Below are positions 17,348 to 31,622 of a DNA stretch of 64,000 nucleotides, in pieces. The DNA lies in the NCBI RefSeq assembly GCF_009914755.1, contig NC_060925.1. One strand, written 5' to 3'. The translations under genes were made by a program, and so were the position numbers. Every line of letters begins with the position of its first letter. Positions within the stretch are counted from its first letter, which is position 1. The notes under the pieces are model-generated. The model was not told where the DNA came from. It saw only the letters and a program-made list of their open reading frames with translations, and made no database searches. This DNA is from the human T2T-CHM13v2.0 reference genome, Homo sapiens.

Positions 17348-18659
17348 AAAGTTCTTTATATAGTCTGGATACAAGCCCACAATCAGATATATGATTTGCA
17401 ATATTTTCTCCCAGTCTGTGGCTTTTCTTTTTATTCTCTTAATGGTATCTTCTAAAGTGTGAAAGTGGTTAATTTTGATGAAGTCCAATTTATCAATTTT
17501 TCTTTACATCGATCATGCTATTGCTGTCATATATAATAATTCTTTGTCCAACCCAAGGTTATAAAATTTTTTTTCCTATGTTTTCTTCTAAAATATTTAG
17601 AGTTTTAGTTCTAACTTTCAGGCCTAGGATCTGTTTTGAGTTGATTTTTGTGTATGGTATAAGGTAAAGGTATCAATTGATATTTTTAACATGTGAATAT
17701 CCAATTATCCTGGCACCAATTGTTGAAAAGATGATTGTTTCTCCACTGGAATGTCTTAGGACCTTTGTTGAAAATCAATTAGCCATAAATGTAAGGATTT
17801 ATTTCTAGACTCTTAATTCCATTCTGTTGGTCTGTGTGCCTATCTTTGTGGCAATACCACACTATCTTGATTTGTGTGGCTTTATAGTAAGTTTCGAAAT
17901 CAGGTAGTATACGTTCTTTCATTCTGTTGTCTTTCAGAATTGTTTTTGCTGTTCTACCTCTTTAGCATTTCCATATAAATTTTGGGATCTGCTTGTTAAT
18001 TTCTAAAAAGAAGCCCACAGGGATCTTTGTAAGGATGGCAGTGTCTTTTGCAACCTTAAGGGTGTCACGCCATCACTTGTTCCGTCAGTCATAGAACAAA
18101 TATGGTACCATATCATCACTGTCTTAGAAGTATTGTGCCACCCCTTGTCCTTTGGTGACAGAGAACAACCCTGGTGCAATGTGGGAGGGGGCCATATAAG
18201 ATATGAACACCAGAAGGTTGGGACCACTGGGGCCATCTTGGAGCTGGACTCCCACCTATTGGATGTGAACATTCACTGGAAATTGAGACTACCTGAGCAC
18301 TCAAGAGGGACTGTATTGTGGATCTTCCAAACCAACCAATCAACTTCCACAAGTTCTCTCATCCTTTTGATGATATCAGTGTGAAAGTTGAAGTCCAGGG
18401 GCTGGGGTTGGGGTGCACCAGAATTGGGAGATGACAGGAAGCCAGGCTGTCATGCAAGTTTAAGTTTGCCGGGTGGACTTGGATATTTTCAAGGAGACTT
18501 TGTTCTCTCCCATCAGACCGGGAACACCCTACAAGAAACTGTTCTTTGGAAGGACTGGAAATGAAGTCTGGGTGTTCAGCAGTGGTTGTGGGACTCAGTA
18601 GGTGTCTCAATAAGTTGGGGTGCCATAAGTCACCTGCTACCGATGGATAATAAGGCACC

Positions 18660-19180
18660 AGCTCTTGCCACAATAGGGTTGCATAACAAATCCCCCTCAA
18701 ACTCAGTTGGACTACTATGATAGGCATTTCTTCTCAAGCTCACAGTACTAGGGTTCATGAGTCTAAGATGGGCCTGTCCCATGGCTCTGTTTCTGCCTGC
18801 AGGTCAGGTGGGCTGGGCTCCAGGCTGCAGGCTTGGCTCAGGTCTGCCTCCCCTGTGCTCCTTCTGGGACTTGGGCTGAGGGCCAGCAGCTGTCAGGGCG
18901 TGCTGTTCTCAGGCTCGATTACCAGGGTACAAGGGAGTGGGCAGAAACATGGTGCACGATGCAGGCTTCGCCCTGGAACTGGCACGCTGTTGCTCCCACC
19001 CACAAGCCCTCAGCCAGATCATGTCACATGGCCACACCCAATATCCATGGGGAAGGAAGAGATTCACTCTGCTTTTTCTAATGGGTGGTTGTGCGAGGGT
19101 ACATGACACAGCGTGTGGAGGTATAATTTTATAGGGGGAGGGCATGAAGGATGATGACTGATGTCCAGTCCACCACAAGT
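18660..19180 (-). mobile_element. Old MLT1-type LTR
   Basis: GCATAACAAATCCCCCTCAAACTCAGTTGG...CAGATCATGTCACATGGCCACACCCAATATC. Confidence 0.6.
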
Positions 19181-19388
19181 GCCAGTTTGCATGAATGATT
19201 TGCTTTAAAAAAAAGTTAGAGGCCAGGCTGTCCCCAGATGATTGTGCTCAGCCCTCACTTGCACTCATGGGCTTTCTAGGGAGGACAGAAACAGCTGAGT
19301 TACAGTTAAGGGACTCTTGGGGAGTTGCCTGTACCCATTCGCCCTCCTCCCTGGCTGCAGATTATAACTGCATGATTAAGTGAATAAG

Positions 19389-19606
19389 TGGCCTTTCTGT
19401 CTTCTTTCTCCAGGGGGCCAGAGATGGGCCAGAAAAGCAAGCCTGGCTCAGGAAAGGCACCATGCAGAAATGCTGTTCCCATTACACAGGTGGCAAGACT
19501 GAGGTCCCACCTTTAGGTCCCAATTCTCTATTTGGGAGACAAGGGAAGATCTCAGGTTTCCAACAGGTGGCAAATCTTTACTTTCATTCTCTGTTCCCTC
19601 TCCCCA
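19389..19606 (+). repeat. Copy 1 of a local ~200-bp direct duplication
   Basis: Aligns by eye at about 90% to 20784-20988. Confidence 0.93.
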
Positions 19607-19679
19607 CTTATTAATATCATGTGTTCTGAGTGTCAGGGTGGGGACACTGGTGGAGACCCCCCCCAATGTACGATCACTA

Positions 19680-19890
19680 CTAACATAGCTGACATCCATG
19701 AGCAACTGCCATGTAGCCGGCACCGTGCTGAGTAACCAGCTCGAAGCTTCTTCACAACAACCTTAGAGGTAAGCAGAATTATTGTTTTCATTTCACAGAT
19801 GAAGAAACTAAGACATGGAGGGATGAAGGCACTGCAGCTCACCTAGCTGGGATGGGCACACACACCTGTCGGATTCCAATTGTCCACCGG
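19680..19890 (-). mobile_element. MIR
   Basis: TTCACAACAACCTTAGAGGTAAG...CATTTCACAGATGAAGAAACTAAGAC. Confidence 0.75.
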
Positions 19891-20783
19891 GCTTTCCTGG
19901 GCCTCCCTTTGGGCAGGGGTTTCATGAAAGTGGATTTGAGCTCATATCTATGAAAAGACTTTGTAACTTGTGGAGCGAGCTGGCAATAGAAAGGATGTCT
20001 TCCTCCTGGTCCAGGGAAGTGAGCTCCCCATCTTTGGAGGTATTCCAACAGAAGCCAAATGGTCATCTTTCAGGAATGCTAGGGAGGGGTTTAGGGGGAA
20101 TCAGAGGCTGAATCAGTTCATACCACAGATGCCTTCCAGTGTTGAGCTCTGAGGAGTCTAATGGTTATGTTCAGGCCACCTGGTAAGTCAATGCCAGGTT
20201 CACAATTAGAATAAGTGCAGGTGTCTGGACTCTCAGGTATAACCATGGACTGTTACTTCTAGAAGTCCCATAGCAGTCATCTAATCCAACCCCCCCATTT
20301 TACAGAGATGAGGGGTAACTGAAGAGATGACGCAAGGGCACCTCCATTCTTAGTGACAAAGCTGGATTTGAACTCCGTTCTTCAGGGCTGCCATCTATCT
20401 GCCTCTCCTTCTGTGCCCCAGGCTTCCTGGGAGCTAAGAGCCTGCTGTCTCGCCTGCCTGGGGCAGGAGGGAGTTAACAAGATAACTAAGTGACAGCCAC
20501 TCTGCAGCAGCGGCTTCTTGTTGAGAAATGCAAATGCCTTTGTGAGGCCACGCTCAATGCTTCACGTTTTTTTACACCACACAAATTACTCTTTTTTCCC
20601 CCTCCCTCTAAGACTTGTCTGGGATTGTTTGTACTATAAAAACCAGAGGGAATTGAGCCATTTTCTGGAACAATCCTGCCAAATCCAGCCTCTGGGATGA
20701 GGCCTGCTTCAGCAATGAGGGCTGTCACCCACCGTCCATTCCTCCTGCTGGCTGTGGGGCCCAGCATCAGGGACACAGCTTCC

Positions 20784-20988
20784 TGGCCTTTCTGACTTCC
20801 TCCAGGGATGGGCCAGAAAAGCAAGCCTGGCTCAGGAAAGGCACCATGCAGATGTTATTCCCATTACACCGGGAGGAAGACTGAGATCCCACCTTCAGGT
20901 CCCAGTTCTCTATTTGGGAGACAAGGACAGATCTCAAGTTTCCAACAACTGGCCTATCCTTACTTTCATTCTCTGTTCCCTCTCCCCA
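20784..20988 (+). repeat. Copy 2 of a local ~200-bp direct duplication
   Basis: Shares the identical 46-mer GATGGGCCAGAAAAGCAAGCCTGGCTCAGGAAAGGCACCATGCAGA with copy 1. Confidence 0.93.
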
Positions 20989-21134
20989 GTAGCTGATTTC
21001 TATGCCCTTGGCAAGGCACTCACTGTCATCCTGTTGCTCTGGGCAGCCCATCTGTGGTTTGTAATGTCATTTTGGTTATCAGCTTAATCCTTACCATGAG
21101 GATCATGACCTCTATTTCACAAGAAGGTGAAGGG

Positions 21135-21215
21135 TCAGGTTGAACCATATGAGGTTACCATTTTTGTAGGTCAGAAAATGGTTGTATATTGGGTATTTCA
21201 TGTGGTTCAACTTAA
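21135..21215. mobile_element. MADE2 (Hsmar2 MITE)
   Basis: AGGTTGAACCATATGA...TCATGTGGTTCAACTTAA inverted ends, about 80 bp, with internal TTTTTGTAGGTCA. Confidence 0.85.
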
Positions 21216-21519
21216 TAACTTGTCCTGGGTCATATAACTTACCCTTTGTTTAATGACAAAAAAAAGAGCATCTAACATGTTTCAGACTAACTCTCTTACT
21301 GGTGATGGACTTTTAGCTGAATCACTGGCTTCTGCACGTGGTCTTGACCATTCCCCTTCTTCCTTGGGATGACTGCGTTATTAGTTGATTCCCTGGGGTG
21401 TGGCCTAGGCCATGGAGCTTTGCTGGGGGAGGTTGCAGGGTATCGTAGGACAGGCACTGGACTGGGGAAAGCAAGAACTGGGTTTTGGTCTTATCTGCAC
21501 AAATGGGCTGCAGGAATCT

Positions 21520-22720
<1,201 letters not shown>

Positions 22721-24069
22721 GGTGCAGTTTGGGGAGGAAACTAGATTCTGGGCATTTATGCATCGCCATGAACTTGAACAGTGCTCAGAAACTCTGAGTG
22801 TCAGCATCCTTTCCTGATTCAGTGAGGATGCCAGACACACAGGTATGGCGGAGGGTTTGCCGGGATGGAATGACCTTGCCAAACTGTCCAGGCCTGAAAT
22901 GTGTGACTTGGTGATGCTCAGATTTCCTTACTGCTGGAACATCATGGAATTGGCTCATTTAGGCCTTGGGTTGACTCTCCCAGCTGAGCATTTTCTCTCT
23001 CCTCCATCCTTTTGTTCTCCCTCACATCCATGCAGGGCACTTTCTGGAAGGATATCAATGTCTGGACCCAAAGTGTGCGGTTTTGAACATCACTCACTCA
23101 GCCTCGCCCGCTGCCAGCACTCCAGTTGGTTCCGCTGCCATCCCTGATCCTTTGATCCAAGAGAAGTGCTGAGAGCCTCTTTCTCCCCTCAGAGGCAGTG
23201 GGTTTCAAACCTTGAGGCAGCGTTTTCATGTCCTCACCCACATTGCCGGTCCAGTCTTGCCTAGTGGGAACGTGATCCACGAGGCCCTTCATGTGGCAGA
23301 TAATGAGGTGGATGGCTCTTTCAAACACCTCCTCCCAGAGGCCCTCCAGACTGCTGCAGTCCACAAGGTGCTCTCTGAACTCCCAGGGGACTTCTGCTTC
23401 AACACCTAATTGTAGCTTGTCCTCTAAACGAACAGCTTCCTACTTCTCTGTCTTGCGTAAAGCCCTTCAGGACAAGAATACATTTTCTCCTTCTCTTATG
23501 TTCTCTGTGGGTCCTTGGGTGGAACTGAACACAAAATCCAGCAAATGAAATAAAATCAAGGTGAGATTTATTTAACCTGGACTGTCAGACACCCCACCAG
23601 GCGTGTTTGCATCCAAGCTTTCATTTGGTTCCCACCAACAGCCCTGTGAATTGGATATTCGGACACATACTTTTACACACAAAGAAACTGACACTTAAGA
23701 CAGACTGTGTCACACGCCCAAGGTCACATAAAGAGCGAAAGAAGGGCTGTTGATGCAACTGCCAGGCTTTCATTCCTTTGGTATTTACCAAGTGTCTTCC
23801 ATGCGCCAGGCTGTGGGCTCAGCTCCCCAGGGAAAATACTGAACTGAACAGGAGGAATCTCTGCAACTTAATGATTAAGGGAGGAGGGGGGGGGGGTCTC
23901 TGGAATTGGCCTTTTTGGGTTCAAATCCTGCCTTGATAGCTTTTGAGCTGTGCCCCCGTGGAGCAGGCGTTTCTTCTCTCCAGACCCAGGTGTCTGTGTG
24001 TGGGTGCATGGTAGGATGTCCAGGGCTTGTGTTCATACCACTGCCCCACACTGCCTCATTTATCAAAGC

Positions 24070-24600
24070 CCTTATGGAGCACTTATTTAGCACTTACTAT
24101 ATGCCTGAAAAGACTTTAAGTGCTTTATAATTTTTTTTTTTTGAAGGTGGAATCTCACTCTGTCACAGAGGCTGGAGTGCAGTGCGTGATCTCAGCTCAC
24201 TGCAACCTCCGCCTCCTGGGTTCAAGTGATTCTCCTGCCTCAGCCTCCTGAGTAGCTGGGACTACAGGTGTGTGCCACCACATCTGGCTAATTTTGTATT
24301 TTTTAGTAGAGGCGGGGTTTTGCCATGTTGGCCAGGCTGGTCTCAAACTCCTGACCTCAGGTGATCTGCCCACCTTGGCCTCCCAAAGTGCTAGGACTAC
24401 AGGTGTGAGCCACCATGCCCAGCCAAGTGGTTTACAGTTGTTAACTAATTTCATGCTCATGCCGTCCTGTGAAGTAAGTGCTATTACCCTTCCTATTTTA
24501 CAGATGAGGAAACTGAGGCTCAGAGAGGCTAAGTGACTAGTCCAAGCATTGCAGCTAGGATTCAAACCCAGTCCACCTGGCTCCACAGTCCGTCTTCTTA
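24070..24600 (-). mobile_element. MIR split by Alu
   Basis: CCTATTTTACAGATGAGGAAACTGAGGCTCAGAGAGGCTAAGTGACT. The tail portion TTTAGCACTTACTATATGCC lies before the Alu. Confidence 0.85.
24130..24424 (-). mobile_element. AluS
   Basis: Full antisense Alu with approximate TSD AAGTG(C/G)TTTA. Confidence 0.96.
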
Positions 24601-26360
24601 GCTTCCATGTTTTGCTGTCTGTTCACTTAATAAACAGTGGTTGAATTGGATTGAATTAAATCACCCACATGATTTTTGCCAGGCCTACTTGGGGCTGAGT
24701 TTTCGTGAGTGCCTGAGGGGCTGAGTCAACCACATCCATCTTTCTTTTGGACTCTGATTCAGGGAGTGAAGTCACACTCCCATGAAGGCACGGTTACCAG
24801 CCCTGTAGGCAGGACAGTGTGACCTCCATGAGCTGCCCTGACCTGGCCCTGGAGGCTGGGCTGCCCAGCAGTGGTTCAGAGGCTCTGAAGAGGGGTGCCC
24901 TGCTCAGACCTGGCTTAGTGGTACCAGGAGCTGCCAAGTCCCCTCTCCGGGCTGGACATGCCCTCCCCTAGCACTCTTGGGACCCCATTCTCTCCATCAT
25001 CTCAGAATCTACAAGGAAAATGCTCCAACTTCGAGGCAGCCACCAGCTCATGCTCTGGTGCCTGCACTCCAAGGCTTCCCGTTTGAAAACAGCAGTTTTC
25101 AAAGGAGTCTTGTTTGATCTTGTGGGTCTTTTTTCCCCTCTACTTGACTGGAAGCTGATGGCAGCGATCAGATGTGGCTTCTGACAAACCTCAGGGCTAC
25201 TGAACAGTCCCTGGCATGGCCGATGCTGGCCGCCAAGGCAGGAGAAACAAATCTGCCAGCTGATGGTGGCAGGACCTGGTGACAGATCCAAATGTGCCTT
25301 CTTCCCGTGGGCCTTTCCTTTCCTGTGTGGCTCTGTCTGTTTGAGATTCCAGTTGCCCTTTGAGGATGGCTCTGTGCTCCCAAAGGCGCTGTTGTCTGGG
25401 GAGAGCACAGATGTACCCAGGGCAGAACTTCGCAGCCCTGACACCCTCCATGACCATGCTCTCTCTCTTCCTCTTCTGAATTTCCTAAGAAATATTTCTG
25501 CACACAGAAAGATACAAAGAATAAGAGGAACCAAGCCCTACTTACTGGCCACCAGGACTTTATCTCCCCTTTCGGAAGCATAGCGTTGCACAGTTATGCT
25601 CAGATACGCACACACTCACCCTGTCCTGCAGCCAGACATGGTGGCTAAAGTGTTTCCACATCCCTCACCTAATGTGAAGAAGGCAGATTGGTATAAGTGC
25701 CCCCATTTTACAGATGAGAAAATGGAGGTTCAGAGAGGTGAGCTGTGACCTGCCTTTGGCCATGCAGCCAGAGAGTGGCCAAGACTCCAAAGCAAGACCT
25801 GTCAAAATCCATCCAGCCTCTTCCTGCCTATTCCCCACCATAAGCCAAGCACCCAGGATGGGAGAAAGCTATACTGTCAGTGTCTGATGTGTGAGCCCCT
25901 TGAGTGAGGGGCCATATATTCTCTGTGTCCTCAGTCCCCTGGCACCTACTGACTGTCAGGAAATACTTATTTGACTGCACAAAGAGATATTGTGGGACCC
26001 TAACTGTGGGAAGGGAAGATTGCACGGAGGAGGCATCGGAATAGTCACTCTTGGATTCTGTATTTGTTTCCTGGGGCCTTCATAACAAAATACCACAAAC
26101 TGGGTGGCTTAAAACAATAGAAATTGATTCTCTCTCAGTTCTGGGGGCTGGAAGTCTGAAGTGAAGGTATGGGCGGGGCCATGCTCCCTCTGAAGGCTCC
26201 AGGGGAGAATCCTTCCTGGTCTCTTCCAGCTTCTGGGGGCTGTCGGCAATGCTTGGCGTCCCCTGGCTTGTCACTGCATCGCGCCAGTCTCTGTCTCTGT
26301 CATGACTTGGCCTTCTCTGTGTCTCCACAAGCCTTCCTGTCCTTTTAAACACACCAGTCA

Positions 26361-26667
<307 letters not shown>

Positions 26668-26972
26668 GGCTGGGTGCGGTGGTTCACATCTGTAATCCCA
26701 GCACCTTGGGAGACCTAGGTGGGTGGATCACCTGAGGTGAGGAGTTCGAGACCAGTCTGGCCAACATAGTGAAACCCCATCTCTACTAAAAAGACAAAAG
26801 TTAGCTGGGCGTGGTAGCATGCTCTGTAATCCTAGCTGCTTGGGAGGCTAAGGCAGGAGAATTGCTTGAACCAGGGAGATGGAGATTGTAGTGAGCTAAG
26901 ATCGCACCACTGTACTCCAGCCTGGGCAACAGAGTAAGATGCCGTCTCAGGAAAAAAAAAAAAAAAAAAAAA
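26668..26972 (+). mobile_element. AluS (second of tandem pair)
   Basis: Full Alu starting within the A tail of the first. GATCACCTGAGG type. Confidence 0.95.
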
Positions 26973-27730
26973 GCACCAGTCATTGGATTTACAGGCTACC
27001 CTAATCCAGTATGACCTCTGCTTCACTGATGATCTGCAAAGATCCTATTTCCAAGTAAGGCCACATTCCGAGGTTCCAGGTGACATGAATTTTGGGGGAT
27101 ACAATTGAACCTCTACAAATTCTGATCCATCACTTGTCAGCTGTGTGTCCTTGCGAAAGCCTTATTGGAGCTAAAATGTCCTCATTTGGCCAAACCGGGG
27201 CCAAGAGGGTGTCCTTGTATGGGGGTTGTGAAATGAAGTGTGAGAGTAACACCGTGGCACCTGGCGTGCTGCAGACACCAAACAGCGGTGGTCTGTCTTA
27301 TTATTAATACTGCTATTTCTACTATTAAATGAAATGTGAGGTGAGTGTAAGAGAATGGCAAAGTTTATATTTAGAATGGGATATATTTAGAAGGCAGTGA
27401 ATTCCAATAGGGGCGAAAAAAAATCTATTTATTTATTTATGTGTTTGTAACTACTGGGCAGACAGCAAACAACTTGTTCCGCTCCCAAGTTTAGAACCAA
27501 CTGAGAGACAGATGCGTGTGTCAGAGGGAGGGAGATCAAACGTCATTCTGATTGCTGATGAAGCTGTCTGGAGCGGGTGGCTTTGTCTTCAGCAGGCCTC
27601 CTACCGCCCAGACCCTGGCAGAGCAGGCAATGCCAGTCCTAACCCCTTTACTGGGGCCAGGCAAGTGCCCTCTGCAGGCAGAGGAGGAGGGTGGGCATCT
27701 CACGCATCTGGGGTGCCCTCTCCAGACTCA

Positions 27731-27860
27731 CCAATCAGAGGCTGGGGGAGGGGAGAAAGGGGAAACGTCGGGGAGGGGCTGGGTGCACAGCAAGTGAGTG
27801 GGGGTGTTATCAGGACACATGAAACCTGCAGAAGGCATTTCCCCTCCTGGTATATAAAAG
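27731..27860 (+). promoter_or_regulatory. Candidate Pol II core promoter (CCAAT, GC boxes, TATA)
   Basis: CCAATCAG at 27731, GGGGAGGGG at about 27745 and 27770, TATATAAAAG at 27851-27860. Motif evidence only. Confidence 0.3.
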
Positions 27861-27861
27861 T

Positions 27862-28380
<519 letters not shown>

Positions 28381-29469
28381 TATTGCTTCTATTTTTATTG
28401 TGCTTCTCATCACTGCTGTGCAATGCTGAGGGTCAGTGAAAGGCACCAGACCGTAAGTATGATCATCAGATGCTTCTGTAATAGGCTCTGATTCTAGGAG
28501 GAAGTGGGGCCCCCAATATTCTTGAGAAAATGGGTGTGGAGGTGAGTGATAAACTGTCTTGTGCTGTCTGAAATGAAGGGATTATTGGTGCTATTGCGAG
28601 GTATGGGAGCTGTCCCCGGAGCTGCCCTGCCCGTCTCGGTGGACTGGCAGGATGCTGGGATAAAGGCCCTTTCCTGATGCTTGGGCTGGACTGTGGGTAG
28701 GGGTCATGGGAGGGCGAGACATCTTGTGAAGGCCTCAGCAGGCTTGTGCACATGGAGGGGACAATGCCAGGGAAGGTTGGGATGCTGGGCAGGAGGGTGA
28801 CATCACCTGGAATCTCCTCATCTCCCTCTCCAGCCTAGGGGGTAAGGGAGAGACATGGAGAGAAGCAGAGAGTGCCAGCTGACTGTCTGGGAGGTTTTCT
28901 TTTCCTGTAGGATCCATCAAACTGCCTGCCTGAGGAGTTGGCTGCTGCTGGGATCCATCCTTCCGGAGGCGAGTGGCACCTGGTGGGGCTGTACGGAGTA
29001 GATGTTGGCTCCTCATCAGTGGCTCTGCAAGTCAGCTGCCTGGTGCTGTATCTAAGCCCAGGGGTGGAGCAGGGGTTACGGGTCACGGGGGCAGATGGCA
29101 TTTCAGGAGCTCTGCCCCAAAGGTTCACATTCTAAGATGTGGTACCTGGGGCAGTGTCTGGAGTCCACAGATATTAGTGGCTTTCTAAGTGGTTGACCTC
29201 TTCAAGACAGTCCAAAGTCAAACAGAACCAATGTTGTAAGGAATTTTTTGGATTACCTGGGCTCCAGGCTCTTACCTTGGTTTGGATAAGGAAGAAACAG
29301 CTTGAATTTGAATTATTGAACAAGTTACCAAATGGCTAGGAGCCTCGATCTGTTCATCTGTACAATGGGGATAATGATAAAGGACCGTCCTCCTTATTGG
29401 GATCTTTCTGGGGATGCCTTCACACTGGGCCTGGCACACAGTAAGTGCTCAGTGAATGTCAGTTGTGAC

Positions 29470-29598
29470 GACAGTAATGGCAGTGATGGTGGTGGAGGTG
29501 GTGGTGGGAATGATGGAGTGGTGATGATGGGGTGGTGGCAATGGTGGTAGTGATGATGACAGCGGTGGTAGTGATGGAGGTGGTGGTGGTGGTGATGA
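29470..29598. repeat. (GGT/GAT)n degenerate trinucleotide repeat
   Basis: Read directly. It follows a MIR tail at about 29300-29470. Confidence 0.9.
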
Positions 29599-31029
29599 GT
29601 GTCAAGCCTGGGGCTGGGTGCTGGGGATACGGAGATTTTTTAAAAGGCAGGAAAGAGAAACAGAATTGGTCATTACCATACTTTGTGACAGTGAGGAACG
29701 TCGGAATGAATTGGTCAACTATTTAAGGACACGCGTTTTGAAGAAGTAATGATTTGCCATATTTTTAAGGAGGAAAAGCGTATGGCATGGAGCAGGAACC
29801 ATGCCTACTATGGCGTGGAAGTAGGAAATGGCAGGGTGTTCACTGTTGCTGGAGCACAGAGCCTGGGCCAGCGTTGAGGTGGTAAGGCAGGGGCTGCAGA
29901 GGTAGGCAGGGCATTGGATGCCATGTCAAGGATTTTGGCCTTGTTCTTACAATGATGGGGAGGCACTGACAACACAGCACAACCAGATCAGCTGGGACTT
30001 GAGGTCCAAAGACACCTGATGTCACCAGCTCTTATGTGTGGCGGGGTGGGGTGGGGGGAAGTTTGCATGAGCCAGACATCTGTGAAGGATGGGTGTTGTC
30101 TTATGGTATACTAGTTCTCCAGGGGCTGGAGGTGTCAGTGAGTTTGGGGGCTGGAGCAGGACCCATTGCTGGGGAAATCAAGATGGTGGCTTGATTACCA
30201 AGGGGGTCCTTTGATTTTCGTTCAGTTCCCTGGCCCTGGTGCTCACTACAGAAAGGCTCCAACATGCTTCTCAGACTGACTTACCACTGGACATAGGCTG
30301 TCCCTGAGCCAGGGCCCTGGCTATTCCATGAAGCTTGGTTAACATTCATTCATTCATTCATTTATTCAGTGTCTATTTATTGAGCAGGAGGCATTGCTGT
30401 ATGTCCTGAGGATTACAGTGGGGACCTAGACAGACAATATCTTGGTCCTCAGGTAGCCTCTATTCTAATAGATGTCATCTCTTATGGCTGACCCTAACCC
30501 TGGTCAAACTGCCCCTCAACCTTGGTCATGGATTAGGCCCATAGCCCGATACTCAGTGGATGTCTGTCAAATGCAGGTCATTCATTACTGTGCCTTCAAC
30601 AAATTTCATGGGCACTACTCCTGTTAGTAATGGGCAGGTGGAAGGAGAGTGTGCAGAGGCCCTGCAGGTAGTGAGAGGGTCTGGATATTGCAATGCAATC
30701 CATTCTTACTGCTGGAGAAACTGCCCTCCATGTCTGTTTTAGCAACCTCAGGGAAGAGTTGAATGTAGTCACCTCTTGGTGATAGCTTTGCCTGGTGACT
30801 ACTCCACGGTGCTGATGGTGTGGCCTCAGGCATGGGTACAATGTGTGTTAATGGAGGGGGAGAGGGAAACCTTCCTGGACACAGCAAACCCTGCAGCCCT
30901 GAGCCAAGCTTTCAGGGCTTAGTACCAAGGAAAGGGAGCCCAGGCTACTTCAGGCTGGGAGGTGAGAAGCAGTTGATCCCTACTGAGGGGGTGTGGCAGG
31001 GGAGATGTTGCTGTAGGTGGTGATGAGTC

Positions 31030-31622
31030 CTTTAAAATCACAGAAAATCTGCCTCTGGCCTTCAGGATGAAGTCCAACTATTTGCCAAGGTCCAGGAAGC
31101 CCTTCAGGTGGAGACCCCTGGTCACCTCCTTTGCATCTCACCTCTTACCTCCTTCTCCCATCACACTTGAGGGTACAGCTCTCCTGAGCTCCTAGTAGTT
31201 CCCCCAAAATGCCCAGCTCTCTCCAGGCCTTGGCACAAGCTATTCTCTGTGCCTGGGATGCTCTGTCTTTCCACTTTACTTACTGCCAACTCTTCATTAT
31301 CCTTCAGCCTTTGCTCAGCTATCACCCACTCTCCTCCCTGTCCAGATCATGTGGGTGTCTCATGCTTGTGTCCCTCAGCCACCTATGCTTCTTAGACTTA
31401 GACTTATCACACTGACTGTAAATACGTAAGTTTTCTCTCTAGACTGTACTCACCTTGAGGGCAGGGGTCGGGTCTAACCACCATGTCCTCAGTGCAAGAC
31501 ATGGAATATTCTAGGGGCTTTGCTATTATGTGTTGAGTGGTTGGATGGAAGGATGGAGAGATGGGTGGATGGGTGGATTGGTGGGTGGATGGATGGGTGA
31601 ATAAGTGGGTGGATAGATGGGG
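31030..31622 (+). mobile_element. L2 3' fragment ending in a (TGGA)n tail
   Basis: CCAGGCCTTGGCACAAGCTATTCTCTGTGCCTGGGATGCTCT...TAGACTGTACTCACCTTGAGGGCAGGG, then a TGGA array at 31540-31622. Confidence 0.75.

Noticed and set aside
20528-20545. ATGCAAAT followed by CTTTGT as an OCT-SOX composite
   Set aside because: The order and spacing differ from the canonical SOX-then-OCT element. An isolated octamer is expected by chance.
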